Source of the DNA: Solirubrobacterales bacterium
GTDB lineage: Bacteria; Actinomycetota; Thermoleophilia; Solirubrobacterales; 70-9
Reading direction: 5' to 3'
DNA: 37,549 bases
NCBI GenBank assembly: GCA_036512025.1
Contig: DATCBF010000178.1
Span: forward strand, 1 to 37,549
Numbering within the stretch: position 1 is the first letter of the stretch; every line of letters begins with the position of its first letter. The translations under genes were made by a program, and so were the position numbers. Below, piece after piece: positions 8,862-17,319 of the stretch. The notes under the pieces were generated by a model. The model saw only the letters and a list, made by a program, of their open reading frames with translations, was not told where the DNA came from and did no database searches.

Positions 8862-10248
8862 CCGTGACCGAGAGCAGGTAGAGGCCGAAGCAGGTGAAGG
8901 CGACCATCACCGCCAGCATCCAGTACTGGGAGCGGGTTGCCTGGCGATAGTTGCCCCAGTAGACGAGGGCGCGGTCGTGGGCGAGAGTGAGGCCGGCGAT
9001 GTGGCCGATCACGAGCGCGGCCACCTGCACGTACCAGATCGTGTTGGCGCTGATGACGTTGAAGTCGACGCCGCTGGAGGCGGTGCCGAAGAGGTTGGTG
9101 GTCGCCGTCCCCAGGGGATCGGAGAGCAGGTAGGTGAACTGCGCCTGCTCCTGGAAGACGAAGAGGCTGAAGTAATGGGCGACGAGGTAGGCGAAGGCGA
9201 TCGGGATCAGCGTGTGGGCGAAGCCGACCCGCAGCGTCTTCAGCGGCGGCGCCCCGCGCACCGTCCGCATCCCCCGCACCCCGAGCAGGTAGACGAGGGC
9301 GACGCCGCCGAAGCAGAGCAACATGAAGATCGTGCTCGAGGTCCGCAGCGCCGTGGCAAGCCCGAAGCCGGCGTCGACGAGGCGGTTGAAGAGGCTTTCG
9401 ATCCCACTCTTGAAAGCGCCCTCCTGGGCGCCGTCGAAGCTGGTCGAGGCGATCGAGGCGATGACGACTGCGACGGAGCCGGGGATCGTCGCCCAATGGG
9501 TGGCGGCAGACATCGGGCGGCGGCGGCCGAGCCGCCCGTCCTTGACACCGAAGGGGCTGAGCTGGGAGAGCATTCCGAAGTAGACCGAGAAGACCTCTCC
9601 GCGCTCGCACCACTCCTCGACCCCGAAGAGGGTCATCATCGCCAGGGTATAGGCGCTGTAGACGAGAGCGGCGACGCCGGTGACGTGGGGTGAGAGGCCG
9701 ACGGCGACGCCACCGCTAGCGCCGTAGACCACCTCGAGCCAGACGAAGGCCAGCAGGCCGATCGCCGCCGGCCAGCGACCCACCGCCTCGGGGTAGGCGA
9801 GGTGGGCCGGGCGCTGCCCGGCAATGCCTTTGAACCCGCCACCAACCGCCCTGCCGATCGCCCGCCAGGGATTGAAGAGCCTGAAGACGTTGCCGAGCAG
9901 GACGCTGAAGAGCGGAAAGCCGAGCCAACAGGTGATGAAGAAGAAGGTGACCGCGAAGTTGCGATCCGGCGCCGAGGTGCCGTGCAGGCCGCAGTAGATG
10001 CCGACACCGAGCAAAAAGACGCCGACCGCTCCGCACAGCGCCTGGGCCGGTGGCCCGATCAGAAGGCCCGAGATGCCGCCGCCGAGCGGGCGCCAGCGTT
10101 CCTTCTCGAAGCGGGGCGTGCGCCAGGCGACCGAGAGGGCGAAGAAGGAGACGATGAGGACGATCGAGGCCGCCCAGGCAAAGAGCCAGGCGGGGATCGG
10201 CAGATCCTGCCGCGTGACCAAGGCATGGGCCAGCGGCAGGAAGCTCAC
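8854..10248 (-). CDS. Polytopic integral membrane protein, unknown function
   Basis: 464 aa with about 12 or more hydrophobic segments and coding-like GC3. GTG start overlaps the upstream stop (GTGA). Confidence 0.75.
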   Translation of the reverse strand: MSFLPLAHALVTRQDLPIPAWLFAWAASIVLIVSFFALSVAWRTPRFEKERWRPLGGGISGLLIGPPAQALCGAVGVFLLGVGIYCGLHGTSAPDRNFAVTFFFITCWLGFPLFSVLLGNVFRLFNPWRAIGRAVGGGFKGIAGQRPAHLAYPEAVGRWPAAIGLLAFVWLEVVYGASGGVAVGLSPHVTGVAALVYSAYTLAMMTLFGVEEWCERGEVFSVYFGMLSQLSPFGVKDGRLGRRRPMSAATHWATIPGSVAVVIASIASTSFDGAQEGAFKSGIESLFNRLVDAGFGLATALRTSSTIFMLLCFGGVALVYLLGVRGMRTVRGAPPLKTLRVGFAHTLIPIAFAYLVAHYFSLFVFQEQAQFTYLLSDPLGTATTNLFGTASSGVDFNVISANTIWYVQVAALVIGHIAGLTLAHDRALVYWGNYRQATRSQYWMLAVMVAFTCFGLYLLSVTGG

Positions 10249-10511
10249 TTGCCGGCCTGGCCCGGCTGAGGCGGCTGGACCTGCGGCGTGGGCGCCTGCT
10301 TGCCGGTCTTCACCCCCGAGATACGGGGAGCATCGACGGTCCCTTCGCTACCGAGGAAGACGAACCCGATGACGACGGCGATACCGAGGACGATGCCGAC
10401 GGTGATGCCGATCGTGCGGTCCACCAGCTTGCGCTGGGACGGCGGTGGCTCCCCTACGGGCCCCGGGGGCCCAAGTACGTACGGTCCCGCCCCGGGCGGC
10501 GGCTCGCTCAA
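10245..10511 (-). CDS. Pro-rich single-TM protein
   Basis: 88 aa with a central TM (IGITVGIVLGIAVVIGFVFL) between Pro-rich termini. TTG start overlaps the upstream stop (TTGA). Confidence 0.5.
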   Translation of the reverse strand: MSEPPPGAGPYVLGPPGPVGEPPPSQRKLVDRTIGITVGIVLGIAVVIGFVFLGSEGTVDAPRISGVKTGKQAPTPQVQPPQPGQAGK

Positions 10512-11122
10512 ACGCCGTCGAGCAGGTGCCAGTTGGCGCGGAAGGCGGACTCGGCAGCGGCGACCAGCTCGTCGGGGTCGGCGTCGGCCAGATGGGCCTC
10601 GATCAGGGAGCGTCCCTCGGCGGCATGCTCGACATCGGCATGCTCGTGGACGCGAAAGTACTCATTGCCGGGGCCATCGCCGATCCCGTAGTGGGCGGCA
10701 AGGCCCTCGCGCTTGGTCGCCGAGATAGCCGGCTGGCTGCTCTCGATCGCGTAGAGGCGGACGAGCTGGGAGAGGCGGCCGTCAGCCGCGGTCCAGACAT
10801 CGACGCACTCCTTGGTCTCGGCGGTGGGAACAGCGGCAACCTCTCCACCGACGGCGTCGACGAAGCCGTCCCAGAGGGCGATGTGATCCTCCTCCTCCTC
10901 GGCGTGGCGGCGCAGCTCGGCGCGCTCGGCGTCGGGGGCGGACTCGGCGACGGCGGAGCTGAGGCGGGCGATGGCGGCGGTCGCGTGGCGGTACTGGCCG
11001 GAGTAACGGGCCAGCTCCTCACGACTCAGCTTGCCTTCGGACCAGCGCACGTAGAAGGGGTGCTCGAGCACGTTCCAGCGGCCTCGTGCATCCTCGATTC
11101 GCTGCCAGACGTCGTTGCTCAC
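10508..11122 (-). CDS. Heme-oxygenase-like fold protein (TenA/PqqC/CADD-type iron-containing redox enzyme family)
   Basis: LEHPFYVRWSEGKLSREELARYSGQYRH ... HAEEEEDHIALWDGF matches the family pattern. GTG at 11122 has a strong AAGGAGGAAG SD. The track ORF extension to 11326 is unsupported. Confidence 0.7.
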   Translation of the reverse strand: MSNDVWQRIEDARGRWNVLEHPFYVRWSEGKLSREELARYSGQYRHATAAIARLSSAVAESAPDAERAELRRHAEEEEDHIALWDGFVDAVGGEVAAVPTAETKECVDVWTAADGRLSQLVRLYAIESSQPAISATKREGLAAHYGIGDGPGNEYFRVHEHADVEHAAEGRSLIEAHLADADPDELVAAAESAFRANWHLLDGV

Positions 11123-11174
11123 TTGACTTCCTCCTTGTTCGCCGGTGCCAGGCGGCCCAGGATAACGTCCCGGC

Positions 11175-11996
11175 ATGTTCCCCGACCGCGACAACATCGC
11201 CGCCCCCGATCTTCCGTCCGGAATTACCTGGATCGGCGAGGCGCCGGAGTCGATGCCGGCGGTGACAGTGCCGGGCCCGGCACTCGTCCATTTCTTCGAC
11301 TTCGCCCAGCTCAACAGCGTCCGCACCCTCCCCTACCTGGCCGAGTGGGAGCGCCGCTACCGCGACCACGGATTGACGGTGCTCGGCGTCCAAGCCCCAC
11401 GATTCCCCTTCGGCGCCGATCCGGACACGGTCGCCACTGGGCTCAAGGACCTCGAAGTCGAGTTCCCGGTCGCGATCGACGCCGAGCGCGAGCTCTGGCA
11501 GTCCTACGGCTGCGAGGGCTGGCCCAGTCTCTTCCTCTGGAGCCTCGGCGGCGCCCTCAGCTGGTTTCACTTCGGCGAGGGCGAATACCTGGGAACGGAG
11601 GAAGCGATCCAGGCCGAGCTGCGCGAGATCGACGCCCTCCGCGACCTCCCTGCCCCGATGGCCCCCCTGCGCCCCACCGACGGCCCGGGCGCCCGAGTGA
11701 TGGCGCCAACCCCGGAGATCTTCCCCAGCGGCTCCTGGGAGCGCCCCTGGATCGCCGGAGAGGACGGCGAGGAGCTTGTCGTCCCCTACGAGGCGGGAGG
11801 CGCTTACGCGACGATCGAGGGAGAGGGCGAGATCGCGATCGAGCTGGATGGCGAGGCCATTGGTTCGATCGCCGCGAACGCTCCGGCTCTCTACTCGCTG
11901 GCCGAGCATCCCCAGCACGAGAAGCGCACGCTGACCGTACGCCCCGCCACGGGTCTACGCATCTGGTCGCTCAGCTTCGCAGCGGGGCCTTCCTAG
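11175..11996 (+). CDS. Thioredoxin-fold (redoxin/DipZ C-terminal-like) protein lacking the CxxC motif, with a C-terminal beta-sandwich domain
   Basis: VHFFDFAQLNSVRTLPYL...GVQAPRFPF...FPVAIDAERELWQSYGCEGWPSLFLW follows the redoxin pattern. QLNS sits where CxxC is expected. Confidence 0.65.
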   Translation: MFPDRDNIAAPDLPSGITWIGEAPESMPAVTVPGPALVHFFDFAQLNSVRTLPYLAEWERRYRDHGLTVLGVQAPRFPFGADPDTVATGLKDLEVEFPVAIDAERELWQSYGCEGWPSLFLWSLGGALSWFHFGEGEYLGTEEAIQAELREIDALRDLPAPMAPLRPTDGPGARVMAPTPEIFPSGSWERPWIAGEDGEELVVPYEAGGAYATIEGEGEIAIELDGEAIGSIAANAPALYSLAEHPQHEKRTLTVRPATGLRIWSLSFAAGPS

Positions 11997-12028
11997 ACGC
12001 CCCTCCCCACGGCCAGAAAACGCCTACG

Positions 12029-12997
12029 TCAACCCCGCGCCGCGAGCTCGTCGCGGATTTCTTTGGGCAGCATGAACCGCACGTCCTCGTGGACGGTGCG
12101 CAGCTCGGAGACGTCGTCGGCGCCGCGCTCGCGGAAGAAGTCGACGAGGCGCTCGACCAGCTCCTCGGGGGCACTGGCGCCGGAGGTGATGCCGACGGTC
12201 TCGACGCCGTCGAGCCAGTCCTCGTGGACTTCGGAGTGGTTGTCGATCAGGTACGAGGCGGCGCCGTGTTCGCGGGCCACCTCGACCAGGCGGTTGGAGT
12301 TGGAGGAGTTGGTCGAGCCGATCACCAGGACCAGGTCGCACTCGCGGGCCAGCTGCTTGACGGCGATCTGGCGGTTGGTGGTCGCGTAACAGATGTCGTC
12401 GGACTTGGAGCTGACTATCGATGGGAACTTGGCCCGTAGGGCGGCGATGATCTCAGCCGTCTCATCGACTGAGAGCGTCGTCTGGGTGATGAAGGCGACC
12501 CGCTCGGGATCGGGGATCCGCAGCGTCTCCACTTCCTCGACCGTCTGCACCAAGACGATGCTCTCGGGAGCCTCGCCCATCGTCCCTTCGACCTCCTCGT
12601 GGCCCTCGTGGCCGATCATCACGATCGCGTAGCCGTCGGCGGCGAAGCGGCGGGCCTCGACGTGGACCTTGGTCACCAACGGGCAGGTGGCGTCGATCGT
12701 GCGCAGGCCGCGCGCGGCCGAGTTGTCGTGCACCGAGGGGGCAACTCCGTGGGCGGAGAAGACGACCATCTCCCCCTCGGGGACCTCCGTCTCCTCCTCG
12801 ACGAAGATCGCGCCGCGCTTGGAGAGTTCCTCGACCACGTGCTTGTTGTGGACGATCTCCTTGCGGACGTAGACGGGCGCGCCGTGCAGGTCGAGCGCGC
12901 GCTCGACTGCCTGGACGGCGCGATCGACGCCGGCGCAGTAGCCGCGCGGAGCGGCCAGCAGGACCTTATTTATGGACGTGGCGGAAGCTGTGCTCAT
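12029..12997 (-). CDS. ispH: 4-hydroxy-3-methylbut-2-enyl diphosphate reductase IspH/LytB
   Basis: 322 aa from the ATG at 12997. Motifs are [38 protein letters not shown] and SSNSNRL. The 780-aa track ORF is an artefactual upstream extension. Confidence 0.95.
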   Translation of the reverse strand: MSTASATSINKVLLAAPRGYCAGVDRAVQAVERALDLHGAPVYVRKEIVHNKHVVEELSKRGAIFVEEETEVPEGEMVVFSAHGVAPSVHDNSAARGLRTIDATCPLVTKVHVEARRFAADGYAIVMIGHEGHEEVEGTMGEAPESIVLVQTVEEVETLRIPDPERVAFITQTTLSVDETAEIIAALRAKFPSIVSSKSDDICYATTNRQIAVKQLARECDLVLVIGSTNSSNSNRLVEVAREHGAASYLIDNHSEVHEDWLDGVETVGITSGASAPEELVERLVDFFRERGADDVSELRTVHEDVRFMLPKEIRDELAARG

Positions 12998-13078
12998 ACC
13001 TGGCAGGGTAGCGGTGGCAGCGTTGCGGCCGGGGGTGCGGACTGGCCCGCAAGGCGGCGCGAAGCTAGCCTTGCAGCG

Positions 13079-14491
13079 ATGAGCACCGAAGGACGCCACC
13101 TGGATCGACTGACCGCGGTCGACGCCTCGTTCCTCACCAACGAGACCTCGGTCAGCCATATGCACGTCGGCGCGATCCTGATCTTCGAGGGGCCGCCGCC
13201 CAAATACGTCGACCTGGTCGAGCACGTTCGGGGCCGCCTCGGCCAGGTGCCGCGCTTCCGCCAGCGGCTGGTGGTGCCGCCACTGGAGGCGGGCAGGCCG
13301 CTCTGGGCCGACGACGTCAACTTCAACCTGACCTACCACATCCGCCACAGCGCGCTGCCGGAGCCGGGTGGCGAGGAGCAGCTGCGCCAACTGGCCGGTC
13401 GCGTCTTCTCCCAGCAGCTCGATCGCTCCAAGCCGCTGTGGGAGCTGTGGCTGGTCCAGGGCATGGAGCGCGACCGCTTCGCGATCCTGACCAAGACCCA
13501 CCACGCGATGGTCGACGGAATCTCCGGCGTCGACATCGGGACCGTGCTCTTCGACCTCGAGCCGAACCCGCCGGCGCCGCCGGCCGAAGACGACTGGGTG
13601 CCCCAGGCCGAGCCGAGCACCACCGAGCTGGTCACCCGCGCCATCACCGACGGCGCCACCTGGCCGCTGAAGCTGACGGAGCGCGTGCTCGAGGCCGCCC
13701 GTCATCCCGAGACGGCGGCGCGGAAGCTGACCGAGGCCCTGGAGGGCGTCGCCGAGGTGGCGGGCGCCTTCGCCGACCCGGCGCCGGACGTGCCGCTGAA
13801 CCAGCCGATCGGCCCGCACCGCCGCTTCGTCTGGGCCCGCTCGGAGCTGGCGACCTTCAAGCGGATCAAGGACTCCTTGGGCGGCACCGTCAACGACGTC
13901 GTCCTGGCGGTAGTGACCGGGGCCCTGCGCGAGTGGCTGCACGGGCGGGGCATCCGCACCGAGGGGCTGGAGCTGCGGGCGCTGGTGCCGGTCTCGATCC
14001 GCAGCGAGGACGAGCGCGGCGACCTCGGCAACCGGATCGCGGCGATGCGGGGGCCGCTGCCCGTCTACGTCGAGGACCCGGCGCGACGGCTGCGGGTGGT
14101 GAGCGAGCAGATGGAGGGGCTGAAGCGCTCCAAACAGGCGCTGGGGGCCGAAGTGATCTCGCGCTTCAACGACTTCGCGCCGCCGACCTTGCTGGCCCAG
14201 GCATCCCGGGTCAACTTCTCGACCCGCCTCTTCAACCTGATCGTCACCAACGTGCCGGGGCCCCAGATCCCCCTCTACGTGCTGGGCAGGGAACTGGAGG
14301 AGGTCTTCCCGGTCGCCTTCCTGCCCGAGAGCCACACGATGGCGGTGGCGATCATGAGCTACAACGGCCACCTCGGCTTCGGCCTGCTCGCCGACTACGA
14401 CTCAATGGACGACGTCGACGAGATCGCCACCGGCCTAAACCGCTCGCTGGCGGCGCTCGAGGAAGCGGCTGCCGCTGCCGCCCCGGCCTGA
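13079..14491 (+). CDS. Wax ester synthase / diacylglycerol acyltransferase (WS/DGAT)
   Basis: 470 aa from the ATG at 13079. Active-site [10 protein letters not shown] (HHxxxDG) and the NDVVLA motif are present. Confidence 0.9.
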   Translation: MSTEGRHLDRLTAVDASFLTNETSVSHMHVGAILIFEGPPPKYVDLVEHVRGRLGQVPRFRQRLVVPPLEAGRPLWADDVNFNLTYHIRHSALPEPGGEEQLRQLAGRVFSQQLDRSKPLWELWLVQGMERDRFAILTKTHHAMVDGISGVDIGTVLFDLEPNPPAPPAEDDWVPQAEPSTTELVTRAITDGATWPLKLTERVLEAARHPETAARKLTEALEGVAEVAGAFADPAPDVPLNQPIGPHRRFVWARSELATFKRIKDSLGGTVNDVVLAVVTGALREWLHGRGIRTEGLELRALVPVSIRSEDERGDLGNRIAAMRGPLPVYVEDPARRLRVVSEQMEGLKRSKQALGAEVISRFNDFAPPTLLAQASRVNFSTRLFNLIVTNVPGPQIPLYVLGRELEEVFPVAFLPESHTMAVAIMSYNGHLGFGLLADYDSMDDVDEIATGLNRSLAALEEAAAAAAPA

Positions 14492-14520
14492 GCGCTGCCC
14501 GGCCGGCGAGGCGCCGGGGC
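14488..14520 (+). terminator. Possible stem-loop plus short T-run after the WS/DGAT gene
   Basis: CCCGGC (14488-14493) pairs with GCCGGG (14503-14508), followed by GGCTTTTG. Confidence 0.25.
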
Positions 14521-14532
14521 TAGGCTTTTGAC

Positions 14533-15018
14533 ATGGCCCTTCTCCTGATCCTCCTCTTCATCGTCGTCCCGATCGCGGAGCTGTACGTGATCATCCAGGT
14601 GGGCCAGGCAATCGGGGTGCTGCCGACCCTGGCGCTGCTGCTGGCCGACGCCCTGCTCGGCTCGCTGCTGCTGCGCCACCAGGGCCGCGGCGCCTGGCGT
14701 CGTTTCAACGCCGCTCTCGCCGAACGTCGCTTCCCCGGCCGCGAGGTGGCCGACGGCCTGATGATCGCGATCGGCGGCACCCTGCTGCTGGCGCCGGGCT
14801 TCATCACAGACATCTTTGGCCTGATCCTGCTGATCCCGCCGACCCGGGCGATCGCGCGCACTTTGATGAAAGGCTTCGTCGGCCGCCGCTTCGTAGTCGG
14901 AACGGTCGGCAACCTCGGCTCTCAAACCCCGCAGCCGGGCCGTCACTACGACTTCGACGCGACGGCGGAAGAGGTGCCGACCAACGGCAACGGCAAAGAC
15001 CGCCAGCTGCCGGGCTGA
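14533..15018 (+). CDS. fxsA: FxsA-family cytoplasmic membrane protein
   Basis: LLFIVVPIAELYVIIQVG...LLAPGFITDIFGLILLIPPTR is the characteristic FxsA pattern. Confidence 0.8.
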   Translation: MALLLILLFIVVPIAELYVIIQVGQAIGVLPTLALLLADALLGSLLLRHQGRGAWRRFNAALAERRFPGREVADGLMIAIGGTLLLAPGFITDIFGLILLIPPTRAIARTLMKGFVGRRFVVGTVGNLGSQTPQPGRHYDFDATAEEVPTNGNGKDRQLPG

Positions 15019-15066
15019 GTCCTATCTCGGCCTATGGGGCGGGGCCTCCTCCCCCTGTCTCGTTCG

Positions 15067-15612
15067 TCAGGGCGATTCAAAGCTCGCGACGATGATCGTT
15101 GCTCGAATGTCTTGACCCTGGGTCCGGCCGAGGCGCTTCGCGCTTTGCACCCGGGCTTTCGCGATCCTCGCCAATGCCCCATCCATGATTGTCGAGACCT
15201 CTTTCCATCCATCGAGGTCGAGGACAACCGGCATGCAGACCAGGTGGCTGTCGTCGCGCGCATCGAGCGTCCCTGCCTTGAGCGCCGTGGTCCCGCTGTC
15301 GAACATCGCCTGCAATATCGGCGCCGATACGTGGCCCCGAACCGATGCCGGGACCAACTTCCGCGCGAACGAGTCGACGGGGGCGATCTGTGTGGCTTTG
15401 TAGATCTTTTCGGTCGCGCCCCGCCTCTTCACCTTGTTGACCAGCCGGATGAGCCCGAGATCATCAAGCCGCCGGAAGTGGTAGGCGACATTGCTGAGAG
15501 GGTGGCCCAACTCTTCGGACAGCAGCCTGGCACTGCCGGGGTGCTCTCCGAGACGTTTGAAGATTTCGACGCGTAAGGGGTGGGCGAACGCTTTGCCTAG
15601 AGCCTCGTCCAC
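15067..15612 (-). CDS. ArsR-like winged-helix regulator with a C-terminal extension (paralog 1)
   Basis: HPLRVEIFKRLGEHPGSARLLSEELGHPLSNVAYHFRRLDDLGLI is an ArsR-type HTH. I prefer the GTG at 15612 (GAGAGG SD 7 nt upstream) because 15613-15732 is AT-rich. The track ORF extends to 15732. Confidence 0.65.
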   Translation of the reverse strand: MDEALGKAFAHPLRVEIFKRLGEHPGSARLLSEELGHPLSNVAYHFRRLDDLGLIRLVNKVKRRGATEKIYKATQIAPVDSFARKLVPASVRGHVSAPILQAMFDSGTTALKAGTLDARDDSHLVCMPVVLDLDGWKEVSTIMDGALARIAKARVQSAKRLGRTQGQDIRATIIVASFESP

Positions 15613-15792
15613 GTGGATGCCTCTCGGTCGAAAGCAGATGCTCGGATTGCCTGGAGGCAACTTGAAACTGTCATCGATGCACCACCAATCTGTAGTTTTA
15701 GACTGGTGAAGATTCTTCAGAGCATTGCTCACTCTGTCGACCCTAGTTCTCGAACCGCCGGACAGGAATAGTCAAGGTCAGCCGTTGCGTTT

Positions 15793-16404
15793 CTAGTCTC
15801 GAGGGCGCTGTTGGGGGGCCGGCATCTCCATACAGAGAATGGATGCCGAAACATGGAACCCATCCTCGCCGCTCTTGGCCATCCGTTCAGCGCTGGCTGC
15901 CTGAACCTGAAACTCGGCGTCCAACGCGGTGGCATGGACCTGAACAAGTTCTCGCCAGCCCTTCTCGTCGACATAGAGCGGAACTCGAGTTGCGTGCCTT
16001 TCCATACGCGCATCAAAGGTGCCGGCGTCCATCGCCTTGGCTATGTCACCCATCACGAGCTGCACGATCCAGGCTGAGAACTGCTTTCGTTCCTCCAGGC
16101 TCAGCTTCTCCCACTCCTCATTTCCGAGAAGCGGTCGCAAGATTGAGCGGTAGAAATGCTCGACTGTCCCCCGTCGAGGCTGTTCGTCTACCAGCTCGAT
16201 CAAACCCGCGTCCAGCAACTCCTTGACGTGATGGCTGACCACGCTCAAGCGGGCGCCAAGTTGCTTTGCGATTTCTTTTGGACTGGCGGTTCGATCGGAG
16301 AGAACCGTAAGTGCCTGCACGCGGAGGCGATGAGACATCACGTGGATGAGCTGTTCGTCGAATCCCCTGTCGACCTTGGGCTTTGGACCAGCTTTGGACT
16401 GCAT
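15793..16404 (-). CDS. ArsR-like winged-helix regulator with a C-terminal extension (paralog 2)
   Basis: HRLRVQALTVLSDRTASPKEIAKQLGARLSVVSHHVKELLDAGLI. It shares the C-terminal GTxDAR...H...LD..GW.E pattern with paralog 1. GGAGGTG SD. Confidence 0.75.
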   Translation of the reverse strand: MQSKAGPKPKVDRGFDEQLIHVMSHRLRVQALTVLSDRTASPKEIAKQLGARLSVVSHHVKELLDAGLIELVDEQPRRGTVEHFYRSILRPLLGNEEWEKLSLEERKQFSAWIVQLVMGDIAKAMDAGTFDARMERHATRVPLYVDEKGWRELVQVHATALDAEFQVQAASAERMAKSGEDGFHVSASILCMEMPAPQQRPRD

Positions 16405-16452
16405 AAGAACACCTCCGTCCTTGGTTGAGCGGCCACCTTAGCTGACTCAACA

Positions 16453-16465
16453 AATCAAATTGATT
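16453..16465. promoter_or_regulatory. 6-1-6 palindrome upstream of wHTH paralog 2 (candidate auto-operator)
   Basis: AATCAA-A-TTGATT lies 49-61 nt upstream of the ATG at 16404 in an AT-rich spacer. Confidence 0.3.
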
Positions 16466-16783
16466 GTTTTGCAGGGATTGTTCACTGACGCGTCACGACT
16501 AATGAAACTAGCTTGATTAGTCAACTGGTCAAAGGCATTAGTCCAGCAAGCGCATCAGCGGGAGGGGGTGAGCAGGGTGCAGATAGCCAAGGTCGAGCCG
16601 ACGGTTCCGGCAATTTCGATTTCGAAGTCCTCCTGAGAGGACGGCGCGAGCGACCGGCCATCGCCCCAAGGATCGGCGGCCGGCCCTCGCGCCACAAATG
16701 CCACGGCGAAACTGACATCCAGCCACAACCAAAGCCCACAATGTGCTTGGGGGGTTAGGCCATTGGGACGGGTGCCGCGCGGT

Positions 16784-17074
16784 CTAGCTCCCCGTCCTGT
16801 TGTGGCGAAGGATCTCGTATTTACGCCAGTTCTGAGGTGTCGGGAGTCCCGCCTCCTGCGCCTTGGGTCGAACCGCAGCGGCCACCTTCTCCATGCCCTC
16901 CTCGTTCTCCCAGACGTTGACGATCAAAACGCCGTCCTCGGTCTTGAGCATGTAGTTGGCGAGCCCACCGTTTTCTTCGGCGAGAGGATTGGCGATCGGT
17001 TCGATCGTCTCGGCGTGGTCGGCAAGAATTTTGTCCGTGTCGCCATGAATCTCGAACATCGTGAGGATGGCCAT
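16784..17074 (-). CDS. Small ABM/dimeric alpha-beta-barrel-like protein
   Basis: 96 aa from the ATG at 17074 (MAILTMFEIHGD...VWENEEGMEKV), the size and pattern of antibiotic-biosynthesis-monooxygenase-like domains. The assignment is weak. Confidence 0.45.
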   Translation of the reverse strand: MAILTMFEIHGDTDKILADHAETIEPIANPLAEENGGLANYMLKTEDGVLIVNVWENEEGMEKVAAAVRPKAQEAGLPTPQNWRKYEILRHNRTGS

Positions 17075-17319
17075 CGGGCGCTTCCTTTCGTTGGACGGCA
17101 GCAAGGTGCCGGTGAAATCAACTTAGACCTGGCCGTGGGCCTTCGCAAGGGTCTAGATGACCCGTCTGCCAGCGGCGGAGCCGTTCAGGATCTACCTGTG
17201 ACGGGCAGACCGTGGCCGACAGAGGCCACCGCATTGATGACGATCTGCGATCTGCCTTCGAAGTCCTCAGCGCGCTGAGCAGGCCGTCCCCGCAAAGACG
17301 GCGCCCCGACGTCACCCGT

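Noticed and set aside
12998-14371. Upstream 458 codons of the 780-aa minus-strand ORF that ends as ispH.
   Set aside because: Only the last 322 aa (from ATG 12997) look like IspH. The extension is low-complexity and lies antisense to the well-supported WS/DGAT gene.
16555-16728. 57-codon minus-strand ORF (LWLDVSFAVAFVARG...EDFEIEIAGTVGSTLAICTLLTPSR) in a G+C-rich patch between AT-rich spacers. The three overlapping track ORFs at 16513-16758 were also considered.
   Set aside because: This frame has the best GC3 of the candidates, but there is no SD, no canonical ATG and no recognisable family. Evidence is insufficient to call a gene.
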